In this document: positions 14,300-26,469 of the stretch, piece after piece | Layout of the letters: each line of letters begins with the position of its first letter | Position numbering within the stretch: position 1 is the first letter of the stretch | From: Octopus vulgaris | Taxonomy: Eukaryota | NCBI GenBank assembly: GCA_951406725.2 | Contig: OX597816.1 | Location: forward strand, 3,720,001-3,784,000 | DNA length: 64,000 bases | Direction: 5' to 3' | Notes under the pieces: generated by a model | Told to the model about the DNA's origin: nothing | Databases searched by the model: none | Seen by the model: the letters and a program-made list of their open reading frames with translations, nothing else | Position numbers and translations under genes: made by a program

Positions 14300-14535
14300 A
14301 GCTGGTGAGCTGGCAGAAACGTTAGCACGCCGGGCGAAATGCGTAGCCGTATTTCGTCTGCCGTTACGTTCTGGGTTCAAATTCCGCCGAGGTCGACTTT
14401 GCCTTTCATCCTTTCGGGGTCGATAAATTAAGTACCAGTTACGCACTGGGGTCGATGTAATCGACTTATCCGTTTGTCTGTCCTTGTTTGTCCCCCTTTG
14501 TGTGTAGCCCCTCGTGGGTAGTAAAGAAATAGATA
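14300..14535 (+). mobile_element. SINE family A monomer
   Basis: gagctggcagaaacgttagc...ggttcaaattcc...gcctttcatcctttcggggtcgataaattaagtaccag...gtaaagaaatag; matches 48239-48472. Confidence 0.9.
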
Positions 14536-15644
14536 TTTAAGACGGTGGGAGAAGGGAAACAGCATGGGAAATGTTGAGAGTGATTTCGAAGTTTAGGTGC
14601 CTTCGTCAGCTTGTCTGACGAAAGCAACTAATTGATTATCTGTGACGTAATAACATTTAATTTGATTAAAGATAAACCTCTTTTAAAGATCATCTAAAGC
14701 GGGGGGAGAAGATGAATAAAATAATACGGGAAGAAGAGAAAGGAGAAAGAAAAACATAATGTTGACACTGGCGATGATAATAAGGGCGATTGCTTTTCTG
14801 AAGGCTAAGGTAAAAGAGAGGAAGTATCCATTGCCCTTTTTAAGGGCCCGTAACTGGAGAGAAGAAAGTACCCACAGCTAGAAGTACCTCCCCGATTATT
14901 TACAAGAATGATTATTCGACTAATTGCAAACGATCGCGTGATGGTGTTAAATCAAATAATGAGGAAAACGATGATGCTGATTCTACTGATGGTGATGATG
15001 ATGATGGTGAACATATTGACAATTTTAAGGGATAATGCAACACCCCAGAATTATAGAAAGATTGCTCCAGCCCACTCAGCTGGCACAAAGGGGTTATACC
15101 TGTAATACAAAAGGCCAGCCATGCCACACTCTGCTGTGTCTTGCTGAATGTCTCCGAGAACGACGCTAAGGCTAAGCGTGTTTCTGGAGTGCTCAACCAC
15201 TTGCGCGTCAATTCCATGAGCAAGCAGTTACAAGGTGGCTGCTTCGTCAGAGCTTCAGACCAATGACTGAAACAAGTAAAAGTTAAAAGATATGTGATGG
15301 TCAGGTTAGTTATATTTGCATTCCTTAAAATATTATAGATATGACCAATATGAAAGACATGATAACCAGACATACTAGTTTGACTTTTGTGGCTAGAACT
15401 ATTGGATATTGTAAACGGTTAGTGCATCGTACATAAGTCAAAAAGTATATACCAGGTTGACATCACCGAAAATTCCATCATCTTTGAGGGTTCGATTAAA
15501 AGTATTTGAAGTAACCTTTCCAACGGCGGTTTGATTCACCAATGGTTTTTATTGATTTTTATTTATATTGATCCACTTCAGCAGTAGAAAGGTACTTGAC
15601 GGAGCTGCGATAAGGCAATTAGAATTGTAATTTCGTTCTCATTT

Positions 15645-15829
15645 TTGCACAAGGCCAGCAATTTCAGGAGAGGGACAAGTCGATTAGATCGACTCTAGTT
15701 TTCAACTGGTACTTATTTTAACGACAAAGAAATTATGAAAGGCAAATCCGAACACGGAACGTCAGCCCGGAAGAAATGCTGCTAAGTATTTGGTTCGGCG
15801 TGTTAACGATTCTGTCAGCCTACTGCCCT
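15645..15829 (-). mobile_element. SINE family A variant, degenerate
   Basis: gcacaaggccagcaattt...actggtacttattt...gaaaggcaaa matches the reverse complement of the family A body. Confidence 0.6.
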
Positions 15830-16422
15830 TTATATATCAGTTAAAATCCCCTTTGATAAGTGCGAACAAAAACCCAGAAATTTTCCTCTAAGGGAATCGA
15901 ACCACCCATTAGCAGAGTACCGAACAAGTGCGGTTCTTACGCCACCAAGACAACACACAGCTGACAAAATTACATTGAGGAATTGCACAATCTATATAGA
16001 CACGCATACACACACAAATACATACAGCAATGTACTTATGGAGAATGGATCACGGCATTGTTTAATTTCGCCTCTCTAAATACAATACCGATGAGAATGC
16101 TAACATTTACATTCAACAAGACATTATCGTCGGCCGCCTTACATTTTGCATCCGCAGTTATACTTAACGTTTCAGAAATTCCATTTCTAAAATTATCCGA
16201 TATGAAATATTTTAACTATCGTTCATAGCCTTAAACATAATTTATTGTTAAGCTGCATCACTTGAGATTCAGGCTTAAGTGCCAGGATCGTGTTATTGTA
16301 GGACACTTCACATAAGAGTGGAATTCATAATAAAAGTAATATATGTAGTAACCTGGTTGGAAATATTTACGTAGACTATTCACACGCTGGGTTTATTTAT
16401 GTTTCATTTATTTGCAATGCGC

Positions 16423-16462
<40 letters not shown>

Positions 16463-17139
16463 AATGTATTCGTGTGTATGCGCACAAACCCACTCTATGT
16501 ATGTGTATATGCTTCGACTTGTGTCTTTGCGTGTATGTGCGTGTGTATGCGCGCGCACGTATGTCTGTGTGTTTGTGGTGGTAGGTACTGGGTTACGGTA
16601 GAGTTTGTGGCGGCGCCGTTAGCTCCCAGCTGTTATTTGCGCTGCCCTCTCCTATCATAAGGTCAAGTAAAAGTGACTAAAGTCCCTGTTCTGTGCACTT
16701 TAACCTCTGCCCTTACAAACATCAGTCCAGTCTGTGGTTGTGTCAATCGGTTTCCTAAACTATCTCTTTTATTTACTCCCCCACCACTGGCCTGTATCTC
16801 ATGTCTGCTTAAATTTGGTTGCTGTTACTGGTTTCATACATGTAGCTTCTCTACAACTGTCTGACAATGTATTTGCTCCATTCTGGCCAGTGCTTGCATC
16901 TGTATTATGACGTCATGTATTGCTGAATGTTGAAACATACGTAACGATGAAACAAAGAATTACCAAGTTAATACCCACATTCTCTTCTCATGTGTTGGTG
17001 GTGGGTGCTGGGTTTCGGACTAGGTGCATCAGTATATACACAGTGCGATGGGTAAATTGTTGCTATTTTTTATTTCGCGCATGCGAGTTATATAGTTTTT
17101 ATTTTGTCGACTACACAGTATAGTAGTAACAATTCAGCA

Positions 17140-17650
17140 TCGTCTGTGAGTAAAACAGTACCATGATGCAATTCACTCTGCCAGAAATTTGGAGACGACA
17201 TGCTGTGCTGTTTGGCATTCGCGCCGGAAGTTTCACTACAAACATTTCAAAAGTGTTTGGGTGTCAGTCTGAGGAGATGTACCGAGAGTGAGAAAAAGCA
17301 AACATCCATTCCACATCATGGTGTTTGGAGTGATCACTAGTGACGGCAACGTTATGCCTCCATTAATCTTCCCACACTCAACACGGAAACCTACATCAAG
17401 TGTCTGGTGGAGATAGTGCTGCCCTGAGTCAAGAGGGGGACTGCTAGAACACCCTATGTCTGGCAACAGAATTCTGCACCACGCCACGCATGCAGGAGAA
17501 CCCAGCCATAGTTGTCAGACAATTTCTTCGACCACATCACCCCTAACATCTCACCACCTAACTCCCCAGACTGCAATCCCCTTGATTATTATGTGTGGAG
17601 TGCAGTTGAGTGAGAGACCAACAGAATTCCTTGTAACGACAAAGATGTAT
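17140..17650 (+). mobile_element. Tc1/mariner superfamily (maT/DD37D-like) transposase relic
   Basis: KHPFHIMVFGVITSDGNVMPPLIFP, VWQQNSAPRH and PPNSPDCNPLDYYVWSAVE motifs in broken frames. Confidence 0.75.
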
Positions 17651-17654
17651 ATAT

Positions 17655-18235
17655 AAGGAATTCAGGCTACGTTTGACAGTTTGTATTAAAAGCAAAGAAA
17701 AACAATACCTCATCCAAAGTTAAATGTATTTTTAAGAAACTAGATTATGGCAACGAGTTAAAAGCTTGCTCAATGCAGCGGCCCTCAGCTTCACCAGCCC
17801 CTCAAAACGGCTCCGACACCTAACGCATGCGTTCCTCACTGAGTCCTTATGACGATCTTCCTCTTGGCCACCAGCTAAGCCTAGATGTCGTGGGAAGACC
17901 CTGTTGAAAGATGCAGGAATAATACCGGAGTGCGGACGCAGTCAAAACCTGTCCTGCTGGCCACGGCTTCGTGGTTTTTGCTGCAGCTGTCCACATCATA
18001 TCTTCCAGCTTTTACAGTGTCTACAAAGCTTTACGCTGCAATCATTATGTCGGCATTTTGATACCCCGACGTAATATTCATGATACAGTTAACTCTTTTC
18101 AAATATTCAGATGGCTTCCAATCCTCTAAGTCAGCTGCCTTCTTCGCAGTTACAACTTTGATCTTTATACTCCCCGACGCTTGACTGTTCCACTGTCTCT
18201 GAAAATAAAAATAAGTCATAAAATTTATCCATAAC
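17655..18235 (-). mobile_element. Probable second Tc1/mariner-like relic
   Basis: Minus strand carries ACVRCRSRFEGLVKAEGRCIE, a typical DDD/E transposase C-terminus, and an HTH-like N-terminal remnant. Confidence 0.5.
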
Positions 18236-18359
18236 GTGTGTGTGTGTGTGTTTGGACCTGTACACGAGATACCACATACAGATGGCACAAGATGTGCATG
18301 CGTGAGAGAGTGTAATGTGTGTGCATGTCTCTCTCTATATATATCTAACAGATTTCTTC

Positions 18360-18414
<55 letters not shown>

Positions 18415-18417
<3 letters not shown>

Positions 18418-19638
18418 GGGTTGGACAAACAAATGGAAACACCTTAACATTTCAAACAAATTTATTTTAATATGATGTAGGACCGTCTTTGTCAGTAATT
18501 AAAGCTTGAATTCTAAGAGGTATGGACTCGTACAAAGTTTGAATTGTTTCTAAAGGAATTTTTGTCCATTCTTCAGCTAAAACAGTCTCCAGTTCTTGTA
18601 GTGGAGGATATCGACTCCTTGTTTTCTAAAATGCACCATAAATGTTCAATGATATTAAGATTTGGTAACTGTGGTGGTCCGATAGGATGTTCAACTTCAC
18701 TAGAATGTTCCTCGTGCCATTCAGTAACAACTTTAGCTGTGTGAATTGGTGCATTATCATCTTGAAATATTGCATTCGCCTCCGGAAACAGTTCCGAAAC
18801 CATAGGATGAATTCGATCAGATAAAATGCTTAAATAGTCTTGACTATTAATTCTGCCATGAAGGGAAACCATTGTGCCGGCGGATTTCCAAGATATAGCC
18901 CCAGCAGATCATCTCCATGTTTGGAGAAGACGGTCTGGGTCAAATGCTTCTTTTGGCTATCTCCACACGTATACTTGGCCGGTGGTCGGAAATAAGGTAA
19001 AGGATGACTCGTCCGAGAAAATAACATTCTTCCACTGCTCGAGGGACCAATTCTGTAGGTTTTTACTCCACTCTAAACGCTTTGCAATGTTTGTTTTTGA
19101 AACTAGTGGTTTTCCGATTGTATCCCTCCTGTGATATCTGGCTTTGTGTAGCTCCCGGCGAACAGTTTTTGTGGAAACTAGGTTCTCGAAGTGGTCATTG
19201 AGCTCTGCAGTAATTTTGGGAGCTGTACTTTGTGATCGTTTCTAAAAATTCGTGTAAGAGTCCGACGGTCCCTATCTGAAAGTTTTGGTTTTCTTCTGAA
19301 GTTTTGTTTCGACGTGGAGGTTTCCCCCTCTTTCTCAAAGGCTGTCATTACTTATGAAACAGTACTTCTTTGATACACCAAACATTTCGGCTGTTTTCGT
19401 TACGCTAGCGCCTGCCATACGAGCACGAATAATTTGACCTGTTTGAAAGTCTTAATGAATTTTAATTACCATTTTCTGATGAGATCTGAAAAGAAACAGC
19501 AATTGTAGCAAAACATATTAAGCAACACTAACAATAAATCAAAAAGCATAAAAGTAAACAAGCTTTTAACGTTTTATGGATATTTCAAAATTATGATGCT
19601 ATGATGCTAGGTGTTTCCATTATTTTGTCCAATCCCTG
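18415..19638 (-). mobile_element. Tc1-family (DD34E-type) transposon, near full length, decayed
   Basis: TIRs caggggttggacaaacaaatggaaacacct / aggtgtttccattattttgtccaatccctg followed by TA. Minus-strand motifs IFSDESSF, AIFQDDNAPIH and PPQLPNLNIIEHLW. Confidence 0.92.
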
Positions 19639-20102
19639 TATATAAACATTCATATATATATGTGTGTGTGTTTATTTGATAGATGAACGTAGACGTAAGG
19701 ATACCCCGTGGAGCGCTGTTTTCTATTTACCTGCTGAGATTGATGTTTATAAAACTGCAGCAGTTTGCGTTGAAACTTGTAGCAGTTTAGTGATAACATA
19801 TATTCTGTTACACAGAATCCAAAATGAATAGCATATAAATTATTTGCTACTCATTAGACTGCTATTTAGCCGACCTGATACGCTCACATGAAGCTAAAAT
19901 GGCCACCGTATTTACTCACAGACATATATACTTATTCAGATACCACTTATATGGGTCTGTGTATAAACAGTGGAATTGTAATCCCTCACTGTGTGGCGTC
20001 TGCTGCTGATAACAAATTAGAGTTTGATTGTACTTGTGTGTGTTTAATTCTGTTAGCGGTGGTCATGTAGTGATTGTGTTGGTGAACTGTTGTTGAGTTG
20101 TT

Positions 20103-21375
20103 CTGGGTCATCCCATAAATAATGCAGCTTTTTCAATTGCCTGAACTAAGAACCGGAGGGGGACGGGATCAACGACCTGCATTGACTTGCTATAAAAGCA
20201 GGTAGTAATTTCACCTTGTATTTATTCTTAGTGCAAGTTTCGAAGAGTGTGGTTTGATTTTAATAGTTATATTATCAATGTTATAATGGAAGTGACAAAG
20301 GGGCATATTCGACATATTTTGCTTTATGAGTTCAACACAACGGAAAGTGCGAGGAATATTAATGCAGTATATGGGGATCGGACAATAAGCGTAAACCTCT
20401 GTCAACGGTGGTTCCAGAAATTCCGAGGTGGAAACTACAACCTAGAAGACGAGCCTCGTCCTGGAAGATCCGTAGAGTTCGACGAGGACATCCTGCAAAC
20501 CCTGATGGAACAAAATCCTATTGTAACTGTTGAGGAACTAACAGAGAAGTTTGGATTTGGTCATTCAACCATTCACCGACACCTGCTAGCCATCGGAAAC
20601 GTCAGCAAATTGGGTCAATGGGTTCCACACAAACTTTGCGGGTCTTATCACGCGCAGAGTGAATATGTGCTCTTCTTTGCTGCCATATCTCACGAATGAA
20701 CCTTCTTTGGACCAAATAGTGACTGATAACGAGAAATGGAATCTATATTAAAATGTCAAGCGCCGAAGACAGTGGGTGGAGAAAGGAGAAACACTGGCAC
20801 CCCAGACTACAGAAGGTCTTCACCCACGTAAGGTACTGTTATCTGTTTGGGGAAATATGAAAGGTTTAGTTCACTTAGAACTTTTAAACCTAAACCAAAC
20901 AATAACAAAGGAGATCTACTGTAAGCAGCTAGAGTGGCTTTAATCAGCACTAGAGGAAAAACGACCATTTTTGGTTTGAAGACGAAAGGTGTTCTCCCAT
21001 GAGAATAATGCTCGGTTACATAGAGCGAGGATGACATTCGAAAAGCTGGAGCAGTTTGAATGGGAAACGATACCTCACCCACCATATTCGTCGGACATTG
21101 CCCCATCTAATTATCATTTATTCCGTAGTCTTCAAAATCATTTGGACGGAAAAAAATATGAATTCTGTAGACGATGTCAGAACAGTACTGGAAGAGTATT
21201 TTTTCGTCACTGACAAGTGAATTTTAGAAAAGAGGGCCTAGCAAATTTACCAGATAGACGGAAGAGCATTGTAGAACATGAAGGAGAGTATATTTTAGAT
21301 TAAAAAATAACTTTATCTTAATTTTGAAAAATAAAAAAATGTATAAACAACCGCATTATTTATGGGATGGCCTAA
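20103..21375 (+). mobile_element. Mariner transposon, full length, pseudogenised transposase (20286-21303)
   Basis: TIRs gtcatcccataaataatgc / gcattatttatgggatggc. Motifs IRHILLYEF, LEDEPRPGR, WVPHKL, VTDNEKW, HENNARLH and HPPYSSDIAPSNYHLFRSLQNHLDGK, with frameshifts. Confidence 0.95.
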
Positions 21376-21689
21376 TAGTATTGAGTGGTGAATATATTTA
21401 TGACGCATTGCGCCAGCGTCATGAGTTGTTTCACGTCGGGTTTTCTGACAAATTGCTTATTTATTGGAACGTGTATAGAATCGTAAATTATGATATACTT
21501 TATGTATTTGTCCATAATCTTTCCTTACCAGAGCCATTACGAATATTGTGCTTCTCCTAATATTCACTTTCATTCACATCTTGTTTATTTCGATTTTAAG
21601 ATATTTCTACTTTAAGTTTTCAAACTCCTTCTCGGGCGATGTTTTAGGCAGATCTTTTAGAGTCCTGCGATTTTCATTAATTATGTCGA

Positions 21690-21844
21690 CACTCTCGGAG
21701 TGGTTGGCGTTAGGAAGGGCATCCAGCTGTAGAAACACTGCCAGATCTGACTGGCCTGGTGCAGCCTTCGAGCTTGCCAGACCCCAGTTGAACCGTCCAA
21801 CCCATGCTAGCATGGAAAGCGGACGTTAAACGATGATGATGATG
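21690..21844 (+). mobile_element. RTE-associated non-autonomous element fragment with (GAT)n tail
   Basis: ggcgttaggaagggcatccagctgtagaaac...ccaacccatgctagcatggaaagcggacgttaaacgatgatgat. Confidence 0.6.
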
Positions 21845-21861
21845 TCGACATGGTTTCTATG

Positions 21862-22020
21862 TCATCATCATCATCATCATTGTTCGACCGTGGTCGAGAC
21901 AATGGAATTTACCTTGCTACGCCAGACTTCACGGTCCACCATGGCATTACGGAGGTCCTGTTGCTGGATGCCTGTATCCCTGGAGATTACATCAGGGTAG
22001 GAGAGTGTGCGCCCTCTCCA
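21862..22020 (-). mobile_element. RTE LINE extreme 3' end with (TGA)n tail
   Basis: Minus strand GRTLSYPDVISRDTGIQQQDLRNAMVDREVWRSKVNSI-stop followed by a tgatga tail. Confidence 0.75.
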
Positions 22021-22384
22021 ATGTGTGTAGTAGTGGCGCGCGCACACATTATTAGCCATTTGAAAAGACTATTCTATGTCAGTCTGCACGAGTATATCCA
22101 AGTTTTTTTTTATCCGAGTCCCAATATGTCTTGTTTGAGACAAATTAGCGCTACTTTTTCTCAGTTTTCGTTTTCGGCGTTTCCACATATCGTCCAGTGA
22201 ACGTGGCTGCTGACTCTATCGCTTTTGTGGATATTTTCTGACTTTAAAAGAACTGGACATACTAAAAGGATGTGGTTTACCTTAGCATTTTGTGCTACTT
22301 ATATCGTTTGCACCTGACGTGAGCGTTTTATGTGGTTACCCATTCATACTGAGGAAGAAGGGTAATGATCTTTGTTTCTTTCTA

Positions 22385-22789
22385 ATTTTAGCACAAGGCC
22401 AGCAGTCTGAGCGGACCGGGCAAGTCGATTACGTCGACCGCAGTACTTGGCTGCTACTTTAATTTATGAACACCGAAAGGATGAAAGGCAAATTTGGCGT
22501 CGGTGGAATTTAAACTCCCAACGATTCTGCAAGCTCGCCGCCTTTTATAAAAAATATAATAATAATAATAATGATGGTTTCAAATTTTGCCACAAGGGCA
22601 GCAATTTTGATGGAAGGGGGCCAGTCGATTACATCGAGCCCAGTATTCGACTGGTACTTAATTTATCGATCCCGAAAGGAGGAAAAGTAAAGTCGACCTC
22701 GGTGGAATTTGAACTCAGAACGTAGCGGCAGACGAAATATCACTAAGCAGTTCGCCCGGCGTGCTAACGAGTTTGCTAGCTCGCTGCCT
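22385..22789 (-). mobile_element. Two SINE family A variant copies (22385-22543 degenerate, 22586-22789)
   Basis: aaagtcgacctcggtggaatttgaactcagaacgtagcggcagacgaaat is the reverse complement of the family A head and body. Confidence 0.75.
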
Positions 22790-22839
22790 GAAGATAATAA
22801 TAATAATAATGATGATGATGATTGTTATCGTTGTTCTTG

Positions 22840-23042
22840 CAGCAGAACCGTTAGCGCTTTGGACAAAACGCTTAGAGGCATTTCTTGTGACTCTTTTCCT
22901 TTTGAGTTCAAATCCAACCAAGGTCAATTTTGCTTCTCATCCTTTCGGGGGGACGATAAAATAAAGTTCCAGTCAAGTACTTGGGTTGATAAATCAACTT
23001 GCCCGTTCTGCTCAAAATTGCTGGCCTTGTGCCAAAATTGAA
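22840..23042 (+). mobile_element. SINE family A variant
   Basis: gcagaaccgttagc...gagttcaaatcc...catcctttcggggg...ctggccttgtgccaaaatt. Confidence 0.7.
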
Positions 23043-23608
23043 AAGAAGTAATGTTGTTGTCGTCGTCGCCGTGGTGAGGATGATGATGATGATGATCATC
23101 ATCATCATCATAGCGATGCTAGAAACCATGAAACGCGTTTTGAAATACATAACGGTTGTTTGCCATTTCATAAACCTCGTTGCCGATCCTATTTCTCATT
23201 TTAATAGTTCTAATAATAAGCAGCAGAGGAAGTTGTTAATACTACGCTTCCATGAGAAAAATTACAGTTAATATCTGTGTTTGGTGCAATTTAGCGGATC
23301 AGATAAAACAACACACGGGCATCGGCTGGCTGTTACTAAGGCAAACATTTACAACGAAATCTTATACGGCAGCGGCCATCTTGTAAGCGGAGAGTGCAAT
23401 TTATAAAGCAAACAGTGAAATATAAGGAGACCGTTGATAGTCTGCGACGGAAATTATGGAGTATAAATGGTGCGAAAAGGGGAATGAATTGGTCTACCGC
23501 GAGGAAGAGGTAAGAATCTGATGCTTCCAGTGGGACAATTCGTTGGAATGTAATATTTATTGATGGACCGAATGAATTGGTTGGAAGAGAAAAATATATG
23601 TGTGCGTG

Positions 23609-23650
<42 letters not shown>

Positions 23651-23681
23651 TATGTTTGTTTGCGTGTGTGTATATGTGGGC

Positions 23682-23739
<58 letters not shown>

Positions 23740-24489
23740 CGCATAGGAATATAAAGAAGGATAATTTAGCTGTTTTTCCGTAGCTTGAAACAATTATGAA
23801 CAACCTTAATCGATTTTGGAATCTTATTGGATTCTCATCATTGGTGCCTCCATCAATTCCACCGATCCTAGAGCAATGAGTAGCCAATCTGTTCATGCAG
23901 AAACCTGTAGTTACTAATTTACATACCATGTTAATACTTAATTGAATATTAACAGACCTGCCACACAGTCTGGAGGTACGATATAAGCATATGTAACCTA
24001 TCGTACATATATAGACGGAGTTAATTTAGCTTTTTTCTCTGTCGATTGATAAAATGATGAACAACATTATTCGATTTTCAAATTTTATTGGATTCGCATC
24101 AGAAGCGTCTTCATCAATTTGATCAATCCTAGAGATATAAGCAACCAATCTATTTATATAATGAGCAATTACCAGAACTACAAAAAGGGGGAGACAGGAG
24201 AAAAAAATAAACAACAAATATGGCAGAAACATGCCAGGAGACAAAACAGGTTGATACGGCAATAGGGGCGGTTGTGGTGGGGGGATAATAGACTATTTTT
24301 TTTGTGTTATTATTTTACCCTTCTTTTTTCAAATTTGTCATTTTACATAGCAGATTGCAAGCCTTTTTACGAACCACCCCATGGCTGTACAGGCTGTTTC
24401 CATCCTCTCTTTCTAGTTTAATATCATCCTCTCTCTTTCTCTTTGTTTCCTTCTCTTTCTCCGTCTTAGCACTCATTGATTATCCCATT

Positions 24490-24692
24490 CCAAGGTGGTT
24501 GAGTGACCAAAATTGCCTCTGAACACGATGGCATTTAGCCACAGGGTTCCGGTCCATCATAGGTTTACAGCGGAATGAACTGCAGCAATGTAAATGAAGT
24601 GTTTTCCTCAAGAAAAAAACGTATCGCCCAGTCCGGGAGTCGAAACGACAGCCATGCAGTCGGGAGTGCAATGCCCTAACCAGAAGGCGGCC
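24490..24692 (-). mobile_element. Degenerate tRNA-derived SINE
   Basis: Minus strand ctggttagggca...gtttcgactcccggactgggcg (A and B boxes) followed by a CORE-like acacttcatttacattgctgcagttcattccgctgtaaa. Confidence 0.55.
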
Positions 24693-25198
24693 ATTGACCT
24701 TCCTTTCCCCATCTATCAATCTACTGGGTACACTCAGAGAATAACCCGTCCCAATAAAGGGTACTCTCTCGTAACTCAAGACTTCATTAACAAATCATTT
24801 AATTTTGCTATCAAACTTAAACGTCTAATCCTTCCTAGATTCTTCCTGCCTACATTCTTCCACATCTTCGCTAAATTAATTTCAATCAGACTACAAATTA
24901 ATACAGGCGGTTGAAGACCAATTTGACGACCTGTTATTTTTAATTAAAAGACAGAGAGAAAGCAATACTTACAGCAAAATAATTAAAGTTTTGCATTAAA
25001 TATTTTAATTATTCAGGAATTCTTTGCTGTTGCACGTTATGAGAATTATGCAGAATATTGAGATTTGTTTTTAAGTAAAATATTTTTATCAGACGAGAAA
25101 AACAAATTTCATCACGTGTCCCTGCAATGAATCGAGTTAATTGCTTGACTTTTACGGTTTAGTTCTATAATCAATCAGTAATCAATACTATTAATTAC

Positions 25199-25700
25199 TC
25201 AGAGGTGGCATGAGTGGAACGGTAGATATTGCATGGAGTCCGTATGCTTATAGTATATACGCTCAGCAGCAACACAGAAGCCGCCAGTAAAAAATTGCGG
25301 AAGATCCGACTGTGGGATATGCGTCAATTTAATTGAGAGATCAGAGATCTCCTTCAAACAGGGACAACGTTTCACAGTGAAAAGCAACTTCACATGTGCT
25401 TCGGAGAACCTGATATACACACTAACCTGCTCTGGGTGTCAAGAGTAATACATACGCCAGATAAAAAACAGTCTACGTAAAAGAATGGCTCTACACATAT
25501 CCCAGATCGAAATTCCCCAAAGCAGAAAAAATAGCATTCAGCCAAAACGTAGACATTTGCGCCAATAACAAAAATCCAAGCTTCAGAATTTTTTCCCTCT
25601 ACAAATTCAGGGACGATACAACCTGTAGCCAACGAATTAGTAAAGAGACTCTCTTTATTACAAAATACAGACCGCTTCTGAACGCGCCTACAACGACATA
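25199..25700 (+). mobile_element. Penelope-like element relic (Neptune-type Zn finger plus GIY-YIG) with an inverted RT fragment at its 5' end
   Basis: Plus frame from ~25263: VKNCGRSDCGICVNL...SNFTCASENLIYTLTCSGCQE*YIRQIKNSLRKRMALH. Minus strand 25199-25260: IYYKHTDSMQYLPFHSCH, the PLE RT thumb motif (IYxKPTDxxxYLxxxSxHP). Confidence 0.85.
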
Positions 25701-26083
25701 TCCACCACGGCCTTAGAATAACACAAACACACACGCAAATATTAAAAATGATACACTCAAGAGATTCCCAAGAATTCATTAAAAAAACAGCCCCAATCAC
25801 AGCTATAATCCATAACGAGTCACTTTTAGGTCACTTGACCATTTAACATCTTACTACTATCATACTACCTACATTCCTTCTTCTTCTCCCTTCTTCTTCT
25901 TCCTCCTCCTCTTCGCTACCTCCTTCCTAACTTTATTACTATTGCTGTTTAAAATAACATGCAAATTTTATAAACAAAAAATTCAAGAGATATTTCATGA
26001 ATTCAATCACTACTACCATCCACAACGGGTCACTTTCAGGACACTTGACGGATTAACATACTACTATCATGGCACTCCCGCAG

Positions 26084-26177
26084 TCTTCTTCTTCTTCTTC
26101 TTCTTCTTCTTCTTCTTCTTCTTCTTCTTCTTCTTCTTCTTCTTCTTCTTCTTCTTCTTTCTTCTTCTTCTTCTTCT
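26084..26177. repeat. (TTC)n microsatellite
   Basis: Directly visible. Confidence 0.97.
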
Positions 26178-26408
26178 CTACCAAGAATTGACAACGACCT
26201 CGAACCCACAAGAGTAAAAAGAGAGGCAGAAACAAGTAAAATGTCCCTTGTATTTGAATACTATGCAAATATTCTTTTCAAAAACTTTTAAACTTTTCCA
26301 AAATTTAATTATTTTCTATGCTTACAGTTGCAAAAGTCTCAATAACTGAAACCGGTATTGAATGCTTTTTATAAAATTATTTTAGCATTTACTACTTTGA
26401 CATTTTTT

Positions 26409-26469
<61 letters not shown>

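Noticed and set aside
14580-14625. ttcgtcag/ctgacgaa mini-hairpin with CTGACGA on both strands
   Set aside because: No convincing stem I or cleavage triplet; too weak to call a ribozyme.
19475-19500. CTGATGA...GAAAC inside the Tc1 element
   Set aside because: No stem I or stem II pairing; chance match.
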